A DNA stretch of 63,065 nucleotides, counting the filler, from Polymyxa betae A26-41 (taxonomy: Eukaryota > Protista > Endomyxa: Phytomyxea), in NCBI GenBank assembly GCA_003693705.1. It is 8 parts of 8 records of this genome, joined end to end, with 100 filler letters (N's around TTAATTAATTAA, not from the genome) between each part and the next. Parts side by side here need not be neighbours in the genome. Positions count along the whole stretch, not along the records: positions 35,165 to 47,992 come from RBZT01000795.1; positions 48,093 to 54,152 come from RBZT01000976.1; 6 more parts are not named here. One strand, 5' to 3'. Below the pieces are notes generated by a model. The model was not told the origin of the DNA. It searched no databases and saw only the letters and a program-made list of their open reading frames with translations. This document shows, piece by piece, positions 35,491 through 49,021 of this stretch (positions within the stretch are counted from its first letter, which is position 1; every line of letters begins with the position of its first letter). Position numbers and translations under genes: made by a program.

Positions 35491-38400
35491 ATCATATCTC
35501 CAATGTCATCGTTAGAGACGAAGTGTTTGTATTGCACTGACTGCATCACTGTCGTCCGGAGTCAAATCCGACCGGATGACTGTGCATGCGGCCATGTGCT
35601 GTCTGCCCATCGTCAACCTCCGACTAGCAGCCGCCCATCACCTCCATGTTAGCTTCTCCACGTTACCGTCTTGTTGTAGCCTGCTACCTCCCCATACATT
35701 TTGTCTGTTGATAAGAATTTTCAACTCTGTCCGCTTCTTTTTCTGATGTCGTACATGGAAAACTTTTCTTTGAGTTTGGTCTCATTAATTATTGCTGCAG
35801 TGGCCCATAAAGTCAATGTTTTAATGTGTGTTTTCATTCTGTCCACAACTTGAAATTTTATCCGAAATTGATCTCCTTTCTTCAGTTCAACTTTCTAATC
35901 CGTGATTTAGTCCAAGTGCATCCGTACGACGTAACAATTTTTGAATTTCCTTATCGAGGATTAATGAAATTGCGTCCGAAACCTGCAGTCATGTTTGAAA
36001 ACGCGCGTAATAAACCGAGGCCGACAAGAAACAGACAAAAATGTCGATGACTGGGTCCTTGAATTGCATGTCCTGGAGAAGGGTTGCCCAACCAGGCGGC
36101 TTCTTTAGCCTTTATCGGATGCTTTATTCTAAATCGATTGAAGCAGAGCTCGAATAAACAGTATCTTGCTGTTTGAAAAGCAGTAATCGTGTAAGTTGAT
36201 GTCAATTGGAAGATTGCATCAAAACCACTTTCGTTATCGTTTTCAGCAGCCAAATCGAGCACACGCTTTGATGAGCACCAGCCCCAACATTGCAATCGAG
36301 AACTTCGACCTCGACTTTCTCCTCGAGATTTTACTCTTATTAAATCAATAGATAAGATCAACGTTCTTGATAAGCAGAAGATCAAGCCATTCGAATCCAA
36401 CCAAATGAAAGTGAATGTCACAATGCTCGATTTATAGCATTCAAGCAAAGCAATCCGCTCGCTTCTTCAAACAATCGCATTTGCTACCAGGACGTTGTTG
36501 TTATTTTCCTTTATTGGATGTATTATAGTTTGTTGTTCTTATCAAGTAAAATCAGTTGTTAGCGCTCGAATCAATCTCGATGTATCTAGTTGAATCCGCT
36601 GTACAGAAAGCCCATTCAAAGTTCAGTGAATGTATTAGAAAATGCAAGACGAAATCTACACAGGCAACAGACACGTAAAACAGATCCTTCGAAGTAATCG
36701 ACTTTGGTTCACTGCTGCAAAAATGAATGAATATGAGCCTCAATCCGATCCTGGTTGCCATATGTTCTGCTGATGCCAGCCGTACTGGAAACTGATCGTA
36801 ACATGTTGCGTGACAGCCGTTTGATCAGGCGATCTGATGTAACGTTTCGTACGAGCTTATCAATGGAACTCACAGAATCTTCGTTGTTCGAATTATACCA
36901 GAAGGGAATCAGCCTTTAGTATGGAGCTGATCCACAGGAATGGTTCGATCATATACTGGACCTGATCGCTCATTCAATGGGCCGGTATGCCTTCGAATGT
37001 GCCCAGCGAGAGAGTCGAGGCCGCATCGTCAGTATCGCCCGCCTCCTCCTTCTAAGCAGCAAACATCTGGGGATAGATAGTTACACAGTAGATCATCGCA
37101 GATGACGAACAAATCTCAGATATCGTCTCTGAGATCGATCTCTGAATAATTGGCTTTACTCACTTTATCTTATGAAATCGGATTCTGTTTGGCTGTATCT
37201 TCCAGGCCTAACGACGGGATGCATTTCTGTTCAATATGAAATGATACATCTGGGTGAGCCTGCACATTGTTTAACATTTCTCCATACAACTGGTTCACGA
37301 CCATCAATATAGCCCTTGCTGTGCCTTCTTAACAGAAGAAACACTGGAATTTACTAACAGTTGTTCAATCATTATCGGATTTTGTCTCACATTGAGCGAC
37401 ACGACGTCGGCATCAGTCCGTGTGATGTTGACTTGCTTACATTTGCTTCGTCAGAACGCTCTGTAACTGGCCCGAAACAGTTATTCCTAATTTAAGAAAA
37501 CGAATTAATGTCATGTTTTCTGTTGATATTGGTTTTAAGACCCGAACAAGGACTGTGATGGAAATACGAGGGCTCACCTTGTTGCAAACGATGGTATTGC
37601 GGGTAAGAGTTGGTCATGGTCCATTATAAAGGTAAATGGTCCATCAGAACATAGAAGGACGCTTTATGAGGATATATTTTAATCAAATACTTGTCGTTAT
37701 GCTGCAAAAATGTGAAGAGACACCTAAAACCTTGAATAAACGGCAGACGGACTTTCGCCAATGAAAGAATTCAAAAGCCGTTGAATAGAAGGCAAATAAC
37801 GAAACAACGAACGTCTCTCGAACGTGATATTGTCGTTACTACAGCGCTGACTCTCATTCGTGGTGGGCCGGGAGAGGGTCAGACGAGGTACGAACGGTTA
37901 CGCTCCGTAAATCAAAGTTTGGATTCTATTGCTTCTGATTTATTTGAAATGAACAAAAAGTGAAGAATTCGAAAAAGAGATGGCAGAGGATATGAAACAA
38001 AACGGAGCAAGTCCGTTATTGATTGTTTGAATCGGATGCCGAACAGCATGGAAGGGAGTAGAATGAGGAGATACGAAGGAAAATAAAACCTCTGGCATAG
38101 AGGGAGAAAATATATAAAAATCAGACAGAGCTTTTGCTCCTCCCATACGCCAAAAGAATAAATTATTAAAGTCTTAAACTGGATAGAGAAGGGAATTACA
38201 TTGGTCTTTGGTCATATTATTAATTATCTGAAATTGATGAAAGACATATTAATCACGAATATGATCATTAACAGAGATACAGATTGAAATTACCATGATT
38301 ATCCTTAAATCCTCCTCCCCTTGTATCCTTAGCTTGACTCGATGAGAGATAAAGAATACCAAACGATGACGAAACGACAAAAACATAGAAACGCTTTCCT

Positions 38401-38509
38401 TTTGATTACATTCAGTATAGCATGCGACATAGGTTGTGATGCACGCGCTTATCGAGTTTGATTTTGAAATCATAAACAATTGAGTGTGAGACAACTTGCT
38501 ACCTAGGCC

Positions 38510-39719
38510 ATGTGCAAATCGCCCAGTCTTCAGGAAGTTGTTAAGAATAGCAAAGAGGCGAATGATGCACTTACACAACTGGAGACAGATCGAAGGAGCA
38601 GAATGGTTCCAATTAGGCAAGAATTCGAAACTCGCATAGAGGAAGCTCACTCTTGGAACAACCTCACCATCGATGACATGGACACATTACACTGCCAGGA
38701 ACCGTATTTGTCAGAATTCGAAAACGAGTTTCAGTGAAACACCAATAGCGAAAGCCATTGCAAACGTGATTTCAATAATAGTGGCTGGCGTGGCAGACCC
38801 GGTCATGTTGGCGACTCCCGCGGCCATTCAAATGTATACGAACCTAATCACTAGCATTGCAGAAATCGCGAAGTCAACGTCGAACATGTCTGCATGCGGA
38901 AACTTCACCATGCACCATACAGAGCAATCTCGCATCTATATCTTCCTATACGCATCGGCAGTGGCCTTAAAACGAGACGCCGCGTTTAACAGAAGAAATG
39001 TGACATCAACTGTGATTTTTGTCCGGATCATGGCGAAGCGGGGCTCAAACATAACGATACAACCATCGCTTCCACAAAACGAGATTGTTACAAAACAATC
39101 CCAATCAAGTCAAGGTATCGGCATGAAAGAACCCGCTGCAGACAAGGTGAACAGGAATGCTGCGTCAAAACTAGGCGATTCTGCTGTTAACGACGACGCG
39201 GTGGCACCAACTGGCAAATCTATCATGCTATCACAACCCAAAGAATATGCATTGCTCGAAGAAGCCGCCGAACTCGATCATAAGGCTTGCTTGAATTTGA
39301 AGACGCTTCAAGTGACACGATTCGAACAACTGATTTCTGATGAACTAAAGATGAGCGAATATAAAGAATTCGACAAAAATTATGAAAAGCTGGTCCAGGA
39401 AGCGAAGAGACGACTTCAAGAATGCGTTTCTGATGCTTTTGCATCGAATCTTGATTCACAATCAAAGGGTTGGCAAGATCAGAATGTGAAAGCCATCAAA
39501 AATGCTCTAAAAACATACAAAGAGTGCGAAGGCGACAAGGAACTGATCGACATTATAGAGAAACGCCTCGAACAGGGCTATTACATAATTAAGCTGTCCG
39601 AGAAAGTCATCACGAAGGCCATCAAGGCGACTGGAAAACGTGCACGGGATCAGAAGTCCAATATAGATTCCAGCGATTCCAACCCAACTGTTGGAAAGCG
39701 TTCAAAAGATCGGATGTAG
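38510..39719 (+). CDS. Hypothetical helical/coiled-coil protein, one frameshift near 38735
   Basis: ORF 38510-38737 overlaps the 348-codon ORF 38673-39719; protein-like composition; no recognised domain. Confidence 0.55.
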
Positions 39720-40081
39720 AATTCAACCAGAGCATTTTTTCACTAAATTTTCAAATACACTCCAGTACGTCATCCGGACATGTCATTTGTTGGGTCTGCA
39801 GGCCCATCTAGAGTAATCTGAAGATTGATTCAAATTGGCTTCCAGGCGCTTTTTGCTGATAGGGAAAATTATGCGAACAGAGCAAAATTGAAATGGGTGA
39901 AATGCTGAACAGCCCCAAATCGTGAGTTTTTGGGCACTTTGCGCGAGCTTTGCAGCAGTCTACCTGTATCATATAATTGACCTAGATTGCAATTTTAATG
40001 TCAAAAAAGCAGTTTCTGGATTGTTCAGATTTTGACTCGGCCTCATTGAGGGTCCTGACGGCCTTTCCATTCGCCTTTATC

Positions 40082-42539
40082 ATGACGATGGTGCTATTGT
40101 ATAGCCTCCTGTGTCTGCTTCTGATCTGCCGCTACACCAACGCCGCTGTTGTATCGGACGATGCTGATAACGACTCGAACCAGGACGATCTTGTTCTAAC
40201 ACGAGCTCATTATGAGGCTCTGACTGAATTATGCCAATATGCCAACCTGCGCCTACGAGATCTGGATTCCGGAATCATCGCAGCCGGACACGATTTTGCA
40301 ATCAAGAATCTGGCGAAATGCGCGATCTTTAAACAAGATTCCGAAGGTGGTCTTCGAGCGCATCTCGAAGACGATTTCTATGATGCAATTAATGACCTGG
40401 ATACGGATTCTCGATCTGTGATTCTTCATCAGCTTTTGTATTTAAACGTCAACGAGACCATCAATGTCGAGATCATCGAGAAATGTGGCGATTCTATTGG
40501 AGGAGATTTACGCCACCATGCTGCCAGATCCTCGGCATCTGTCTCGGATTATCTCGGCAATATTCTCCCAGATTCAGCATCATATCAAAATCAGGTTTTC
40601 CTAACCGCATTGACAGCGAATGTTTCCATCGACAGCGATGTCGCTCGAAACATTTGTGAAGCGGCTCCACGAGAGATAACTCCGTCGCTTATCTCCGAAT
40701 TTCTGCTCTCTCGGTAACCCTAACCCTAGCCTTTCAATTCGATCTAATTCTTACTGCTCAGACGAAATCATGGATTTGTTGAAGACTGGGCTTTAATAGA
40801 GTTCGTCATAGCAAGACTGTTACAGCACGAGATTACGGGGGAGGCGCTTTTCGATCACATGATTTCCACCGCTCAGAAATCTCTCCTTCAACAATCAGCT
40901 GTACGAGATCGCTTCTCTTAATTCTACAGCTGAACTCCCCTCCAGATCTCATCGCTGCTGTTACTATCATCAATCTATGGCTGCTGGAAGCCCGACCAGC
41001 TCGATGCTCACGACAGATCGTCTCTCTACCGACTCATGCAGGTCGTACTGGATCCCGCTCTCAACGCGATCCGCATCGATATCCTCTCGGTAATCTGGCC
41101 GCATCTGCATCATCTGGCGGGGCGTACCCGCCAGGATTCGTCGCTCTCGGACATGTTCGCCTCGGATGATATTCGGTCGTTACCGGAGCCCGAACGATCG
41201 CTTCTGGCCGCGATTCTGTTCCACGCAATCGATCTGGATCAAGAGCGTGGTCGTCTCTCATACGATCTCCAGATCGTCGGCCGCCTTCTACATCTGTTCG
41301 TAGTTCATCGTCTGCTCATGACGATCTCGCTCTTCTAAACGCTCTCGCAGGAACGTCGAAACGCCCGAATTTGAACCCTTCGTTTCCGACCTCATCCGTC
41401 GCCGACAGTTCACGGATTTCAACATCGCTCTGCAACTGTTCCAATCGGCGACGGAATCGCCCCGTCCGTGGTGGTCGACTACGGCGATCATGACGCTTCT
41501 CGTCGAGCTCGTTCGTCCCATGGACCAGCACGATTTCGTTTTCACGTTCAACGGGAAGAAGGTCGTGCTGGAGCTGCTGCGTCTTCCTCTGGATTTCTCC
41601 GAAAGCGCTGTCCGTGAGATCGTCCGCAACGCCTGCCTGCAGAGCAGCGTTACGAACGCCGAACTCGTCTTCAGCGCTGTCTGGCAACACTATCTTCAAT
41701 CCGACCCTGCGAATCAGGAATGGTTCTCGCACCTATTTGGGGCCATGGTGCGCCGCCCTCCTCAATCCGAAATTCGTTTCGTGACGAAAATGTTCACGAA
41801 GCTGCTGGAATGGAGCCCGGCGTCGTTCTCGCCGTTTTCCATTCCGATCGTCTTCGATATTATCAGAAATACGAGCAGCCGCGATCTGCAATGGATTCGA
41901 GGACCGGATGGAGGCAACGCCCTTCTCATGCTGCTACGATTACCTCTGGATTTATCCAATGAGACGCATCGTCAGATGATCCGATTCACGATCCCGCAGA
42001 TGAGCTGGTCTTGTGTTCGGAGTTCGGACAAAGGCGATTCCGTATTCAGTCAGCTCTGGAAACATTGGCTGCAATGCGACGCCGCGGATTGGTTCGTTGA
42101 GATGTTCGATCTGATCCGCGATCGTGGACGAACCGATTTCTATCAGACGATGTCTCGCCATTTTACGGAATGGAGTTTAACGTCACCTTGGGAATGGTTT
42201 CGATCGGAACAGATCCCGATCGTGTTCGATTGGATCGTGGCGCTTTCAGACAGGCAATTTCGAACCTATTTCGGGTATGAGATGGCGATTTTCGTATTAC
42301 GATTGCCTCTGGATCTGTCTGATCCAGATCATCGTCGTATGATCGAATATAGTCTCAGACAATGTCAAGATCTGAATTCGGAGCACAACGGAGATTCGGT
42401 TCTCAGCCTGTTATGGGAATGTTCGAACAAATTCGGAGTTTCGCATCGGGAATGGTTTAATCAGCAATTGGATTTGATCGCGGATACGCCTGTAATCATT
42501 GAATACGGCTATGAGGGAGCTGAACTCTCTGCATACTGA
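40082..42539 (+). CDS. Large putative secreted protein with three repeats of about 120 aa (frameshifted: pseudogene or assembly errors)
   Basis: MVLLYSLLCLLLICRYTNA signal peptide; intron 40714-40761; consecutive + strand ORFs; LRLPLD(F/L)S repeats near 41577, 41934 and 42297. Confidence 0.7.
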
Positions 42540-45358
42540 TCATTCGCTCTTACGCTCACATTGAGAAGCGAAGCTTTCCGATTCCAGTAAACGATTCTCT
42601 CATTATACGGTTTCCTTGCAAATATGCGACTGATTGTAGCAGATTCGAACTATTTTTTTGAAGGCTTTCGTTTATGCTGTTGCTAACTTAAAGTAGATCT
42701 CGAAAACCCGATGGAAATCCCGCGACGATTTCGACCGTTGCCGAATCGCAAATTGGAGAAACGTGAAGTTATTCGCTTTGTCCAGACACATTCTTTCATG
42801 TTTAAGTTCCGATGTCGGAGACTGTTCTAGGCCAGTTCGAAGACGTTCCAATACAGGTAACATCGACATAATCTAACTGCCGAGAGAGTTCGCGCAGAGC
42901 AGTTCGTCGCATTTCTTGAATGTGAGCTTAGAAACGAGAATGTGAGAGCACAAAGAGAGAGAGAGAGAGAGCGATTCGAAATTCATTAAGACGATTTTGT
43001 TGGCTCAGATTGCACGGGCAAGCCGGAGATGCCATCCATGTATCATCATAGCAAGATTGAAAGACGGCGAGCTGGACGATTTGCTTCTGGGATGGCTCGG
43101 TCAAATTCCAACCCGATGCCAGTAGCTCGATTTATCACCTTTGTTCAATATAACGGGATCTGGAAATCGTGTCTATGGGACCAACGACTTCACGAAAATC
43201 GCGACGATGGACGCTCTGTGACTACCGCGGCGTCGCCCCAAGGGTTCGTTCAGGTGCAAAGCGATTTTGAATCCTTTTGGCACGAATTCGAAGATCAAGG
43301 CCTTTGATGTTCGATTTGAGGGCTCGAAATTTTTGAGAAAAAAAACAGATTCTCAGATTTACACAGAAAGCAAGCAGAGAACAAAAACATAGAGATAAAG
43401 AAGGCGACCTAATGTTTGACGATTTTGAGATGAATGGCTCAAATATGAAAAGTGTGGAGCATTTTCGAGCCTAGAATGGATCTTTCTGTTTCTGGTAATA
43501 ATAAGATATCTTCAAATGTGAACAGAGTGATGAATGAAGAATCGTGATTGATGTCGCCTGATTGCTGTGCATAACACAATCGAATATATCGTCTTATGAA
43601 ACCGGAATAAGTTGGAACATAGGAGCGAATAGTGGAGAGAAGCGTCCGAATTCCTGCAATGTTTTATGATAGCGAAACCTGCATATTTTGACCTGCTGAT
43701 GAAGTTATGATTTATTCGCTTCATCATTTCACGAGGTGTCTCATTTGAACAATCAATCAGCTGTAACAGATTTGTGAGGGCGAAACACCCATCCGGATCA
43801 CAGGCCTGCTAAAGTGCCCATTCATTCATATGATGATACAAATATAGCGGGATATGAATGTAGAGGGAATCGATCGGAAATAAACTCGGAGCTTTAACAG
43901 TGCTGAGCATGATCGTCATCAAAGCTATATTATTGGTCGGGAAAGCAGCTGGACTTCGAATAGATCAGAAAGCCACTGAAGATTGAAGTCGAAGATCCTC
44001 AGCAGGAATCGCCCCCCGTGAACTTACCGCTGATAGTCACCAAAGACAGGGTTTTGCAGCTCGATAGCTGCAGAGATTCCAGCAAATCGACTGGATTTTT
44101 ATCTCATTCGAATGGTTGAAGAAAGTATGCTGGAAGATCTTTCGACCCCAGGACGACTTCGATGTATCATACTGCAACAGATGCAGTGCCGTTTTGAGGG
44201 ATTGTTCGACGATGAAAATCCGCTCTGTCCTGCGGTGCTATTTAAGGACTTTCTGTGTTCCGTAAACGATGTCGAAAATGCTACCAACAAGACAGCAGAA
44301 ACTTTTTTGCTGAAGGTGTCCGGGAATTGCTGATCTTCTGTGAAACGTTCCATCATCGATTGAAAGGAGCATTATTATGGCCAGAACTGATCTTTCGGAT
44401 TCTTGCAATGTTAGAATGAAAAGGAAATGATCGAGCTTACAACGAACATTTCTGAGCGATCTGTGGATTATTACAAATTGATTTTAGAACATAAACGAGG
44501 CCAAATTTGAAAAAAAAATCAAAACGATTCCTCTTTAATACAAGATTTTATAAAATCTGCACTAATATGAAGACAGGAGGTCTGCTCTTATATGCGAACA
44601 GATCATGATTCTGATTGCTGGGAGATGGAGGCCACCAGCATCAACATTCAATCTGTTGGAGATCTGGTTTTTTCTTTAACAAATCCAGATGAGAGTATAA
44701 ACCCTAACAAACAGAATACTGAAGAACCCGAATTATGCCTCGAAGCTTTTTTTCCGCAGGGGGATGGCAATTCGAAATATCGTGCTATAGCCCATTTTAT
44801 AGAGCCCCTGCTAATAAGCAAATATTAATACCTGAACTAGGTGGTACTTCAAGGAGACAAAAACCTTCATTCGGATACAGCCCAGAGAGGTCGAATTCTG
44901 AGATGAGCAAAATTTCTGAAGAGCCACTTCCATACATTGCTAAAAGCATTTCAGTGAATGTAAGAAAAGTTGGCTGTTGCAATCGTGTATGCGATGGTAA
45001 CCACGAGATAATCGGAGACAGAGAAAATCACAAGCATAGAGGCGTACATGCTACATTTCTGGAAGATTTCCGCTGTTGACCTCTTTTTAACATATGGGAT
45101 TGGAAATTAATTCGAAAACATTCAAAAGTGATTCCGTATCCAGGGTTAGAGCAAATCCACAGTTGCGAGCTAAAGCTAAAGCTACTTATGCCTGAATCCT
45201 GCAAAGTTGCGAATGCTTCAATAAAGTGCGAAAATGAAAAATTCTGATACGGTTAAACTGATAAGTGTGCAATCGAAAAACCCAAAGCCATGAATTCCCA
45301 TTCTTTGATCTTCCATTCAGTTGAATAACAAAAACGCCGTTTAATGGATTCGGATGGT

Positions 45359-46096
45359 TTAGACCGGGATTAGATACGGACCGGATTTAGTGGACTTCCG
45401 ACGGCATCCCCGTACTACCCCGTATGTGACCAGAGACAGTACGACGGCGGCTCCAGCTCCGATTGCTGCAGCTCCCCACGGACCTCCAACACAATCCGTC
45501 ACGCTCGCCTCGGAATCGTCCTCGGACTTGTTCTCGGCTGAAGGCTCTTCCTGCTGAGACTCCGAAGAGGCCGCATTCAGATCCGTTTCAAGAGGCTCCT
45601 CCGGATTCCCTTCCGCAGCAGCTGGTCCCATAAACATGATGTTATCCGCCACAGTTTCCTCGGACGGAGGTTCCGACGATGTTGCATTGGGAGGGGGTAC
45701 GACCTCGGCTGTTCCTGGCGGATCGGATTGCGGATCTATTATGACGAACTCGTCCTGGTCGGAGTTTTGAGGTGATTTAGGATCAGAAGGCGGCTTAGCT
45801 GTGTCTGTGGCTGCCTCAATCCCCTGTGATGTTAGGGTTTTAGGGTTTGCTGCAGGCGGCAGATTACCAATTTGAGCCGTATCTTGCTCTCCATCTATTG
45901 TAGCAGCAGGATTGCTTGGAATGGGGTTGAAATAGTCCGTGTTGATGATAGGAGGCGCTTCCCAGGTTGAAGCTGGAGATGGGCCAGTATTGCTGATAGC
46001 ATCGTTACCGGAGTTCGAATCATCTAATGCAGCTGCAGAGGCCGAATTTAACAGAGCCACGCCGATACACGGTATTAAGAGCATTTTCTTCAACAT
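45359..46096 (-). CDS. Type I membrane, mucin-like (P/S/T/E/D-rich) surface protein
   Basis: Intact 245-aa ORF: signal peptide MLKKMLLIPCIGVALLNSASA, low-complexity ectodomain, TM AAAIGAGAAVVLSLVTYGVV, basic tail. Confidence 0.85.
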   Translation of the reverse strand: MLKKMLLIPCIGVALLNSASAAALDDSNSGNDAISNTGPSPASTWEAPPIINTDYFNPIPSNPAATIDGEQDTAQIGNLPPAANPKTLTSQGIEAATDTAKPPSDPKSPQNSDQDEFVIIDPQSDPPGTAEVVPPPNATSSEPPSEETVADNIMFMGPAAAEGNPEEPLETDLNAASSESQQEEPSAENKSEDDSEASVTDCVGGPWGAAAIGAGAAVVLSLVTYGVVRGCRRKSTKSGPYLIPV

Positions 46097-48092
46097 TGTT
46101 ATTCTACAGACAGTAACGTTAACAATGGAGGCTGTGTTACATCGATGTGAAATGTTACCGATTAGAGAGTTTGGAGATTAGGTTTAGATATTGATCGATG
46201 GAAATAATTATGAGAGCAGATGCAAGCAGGAAATCCAGCAGATGACCTCGATCGGAAGAGGGCGATGAGTTGCCCGATTAATCCGAATATCCTGAATGCT
46301 GCGATTGATCGGAGCTGTGACGTCAGGGTGGCCGAGCGTACTTGTAAACCCTAGCGATGTTTGGCAACCGCTGTCTGAACTAGAAGGACAGATCTCTTAG
46401 AAAGGTGGCTTTTGAAAAACCTGAAGACTCACCTCCCTCCTACCTGACAGCCTTCGACTAACATCGGAAGATTTCACTTTTTTACGGCTGAGATGGAATT
46501 TTTTTCCTTCGGAACAATGTTTCACGTGCTGCGTCTATGAAGTTCACATTTCATAAATTCTCGAATCATAGACAGATCTCTCGAATCATAGACAGATCAA
46601 AGCACTTCGAAACCAAGTGATTAAGAGCAGACAAGACCGGATCAATGTCCGGGATTAACTTCATAGGCCTGAGACACAAAGGCGTGGTTGAATCACATTC
46701 GGAAGAAGGATTGATCTATGGGTATCATACAAACAGATTATTCCGATTGAGACAGGACTTCCCAACTGCATCCGATGTTTGTCTGTGCTTGATATCCACG
46801 GCCGGTAACAGAAACGAGCACGTTACAAATTCACCATGACTGGGCTGGTTCATTGACTAATCCGGTGAAAGCATTAGCTTTAGCGATGAATTCTGCTGGT
46901 TCTGGAAACGAATCTTTCGGTGTCCTACGGGTAGCACCATCAGATAGATTAGACTATCGAACTTGAAAACACGTTCACAATGCATTTGTAAAAAGCACCA
47001 ACTTTGAATGTTGTAAAATATGTCCCAATAAAATCGAAGAAATTAGACACGGTCTTCCCAGGATTCGAAGTTCTAAACAGAGACTAACATGTGGCCTCGC
47101 GAAGCTGGATTTTCACTGCGATGGGTCCAACGAGGATGAAGCTTCGCAATGATGCAAATCGGAGACGAATTCAAGCTAACAGCATGATAGCACAGAAGCA
47201 TTATGGCGAGGATCTGGAGCTAGAGAGCGCTCAGCTTGGTGCCAAAGCAGGATCGCTGTTATAATATCATGCTGCCGAACAGAGACCGCAGCGATTGCGA
47301 GATCACGCTGATACAAGAGCAGGCGACCGCTAGCAAGCAGCGGCCGATTGAATCCCAGATTTGGTGTCAGGAGTGAAATCTCTTCAACACAGGCAGACTG
47401 CCGTCTTCGATCGTCTGTTTATCTGTCCATACAAATAGAAAGATTATGTGAATGATTTCTTATCTCCATAGAGCAGCTCGCTTTACGACATTTTAGAAAC
47501 CGATTGAAATCGATTCAGGGGGCAATCGTGATCGGTTTGCGTTATGGTTAGGGTTTTAGGTGAATGTATCTTTTTTGTTTATAAAAAGATTAAGTTTTTT
47601 ATAAAATGCCCAGATGGGGCGGCGTCTGGGCGGGGGCCAGTACGGCCCCCAGCCGAGTGTAGGGCGGCGGACCTCGGCGGTCGTCGGGCGTTCTTGAGTG
47701 ATGGTTGGTCTTCAGCCGGGGTTGCCCGCGAGCGGGTGCGGGATCAGGTCTTCGATGCGGGCCTGCATCGCTTGGAGAAGCGGCTTCAGGGATGATATGA
47801 TTGCGAGGCTGGCCGCGCAGCGGGGATTAGATGGGCGGCAACTCCATTCCAGCCGGTTAGGGCGGATGGAGGCGAGACGAGACAGGACGGGAGCGGAGTC
47901 TGGAAGGTGAGAGTGGAGCGGATCGGAGCCGCTAGTGTCATGCGGCCCTGCGAGATCGTCGATGATCGGGAGAGAGAGAGGAGATGGTCGATNNNNNNNN
48001 NNNNNNNNNNNNNNNNNNNNNNNNNNNNNNNNNNNNTTAATTAATTAANNNNNNNNNNNNNNNNNNNNNNNNNNNNNNNNNNNNNNNNNNNN

Positions 48093-48790
48093 ATAGTCGC
48101 TGCAGTTCCAACATTCGCAATGTCATTTTCTGCATCATTTTACCGGATCATTTTATTACATAACGAATGGGATGGTGAAGGTCTTCTTCTTGGAAAGATC
48201 AAATCTAGTTTCGTATCAGACAACCAGACAGAGTCTTGTTTCAAGCGTTCTAAAGACGATCTCGGTTATCGAGATTATTAGCGCTGTGATCATATATAAT
48301 ATGACTGTTAGTACTGCTGTCATACCCGATACAGATGTCTGTATTGTATTGCTAAATCCAATATTCGCTATACTCTTTATATTCCTGATTCCAGTTTCCT
48401 TCAATCTTGTTATCAATATTCGATTTATATATCATATATTTATGTCTACAAGATTCCTTCACATCTCAAATCATTCTCCAGGTTATATTCGATTATTACG
48501 CGTAACCTGTGTGCTCTTATTGTCTTCGTTTGTTATATCGCTTATCTGTATATGATGTATATTGGATATTATACATCTTCCTCATCAATCATTATTGACA
48601 CCATTTATGGTATCAGAACAGGCATATAACGCATGTGCTATGGCATGGCCGGCAGTTATTGTTAAAATCAACAAAACACAAAAGTCCTACTGGGCCCGAT
48701 CTGTTCATAAACCAGAACAGAAGAAATTTGCTGTTGTTGACAATGAGATGGCAAGTATACAACCTACTTCTATCAAAATTGTAAAATGAA
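48093..48790 (+). pseudogene. Multi-pass membrane protein fragment
   Basis: Several hydrophobic segments in ORF 48172-48555 with flanking stops; 5' end lost in gap. Confidence 0.35.
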
Positions 48791-49021
48791 ACAGTGTTTT
48801 AAAAAATAAACAAGGAATATTCAGCCTGATTTCACATAGTGTTTGCATTTATTACCGTTGTAGGATAGCATAGGATATCAAAAGTTGCGTAATTGGTTCT
48901 TAAACTGCTTCGCTGATGAAAATAGATTAGGAAAGCAACGTCAAATATTTTTGAAAGGATTTTCAGTCGCAGAGCTTGTGATACAAGTTTGCAATTTAAT
49001 AGACCATCCAGCCAACAGATT

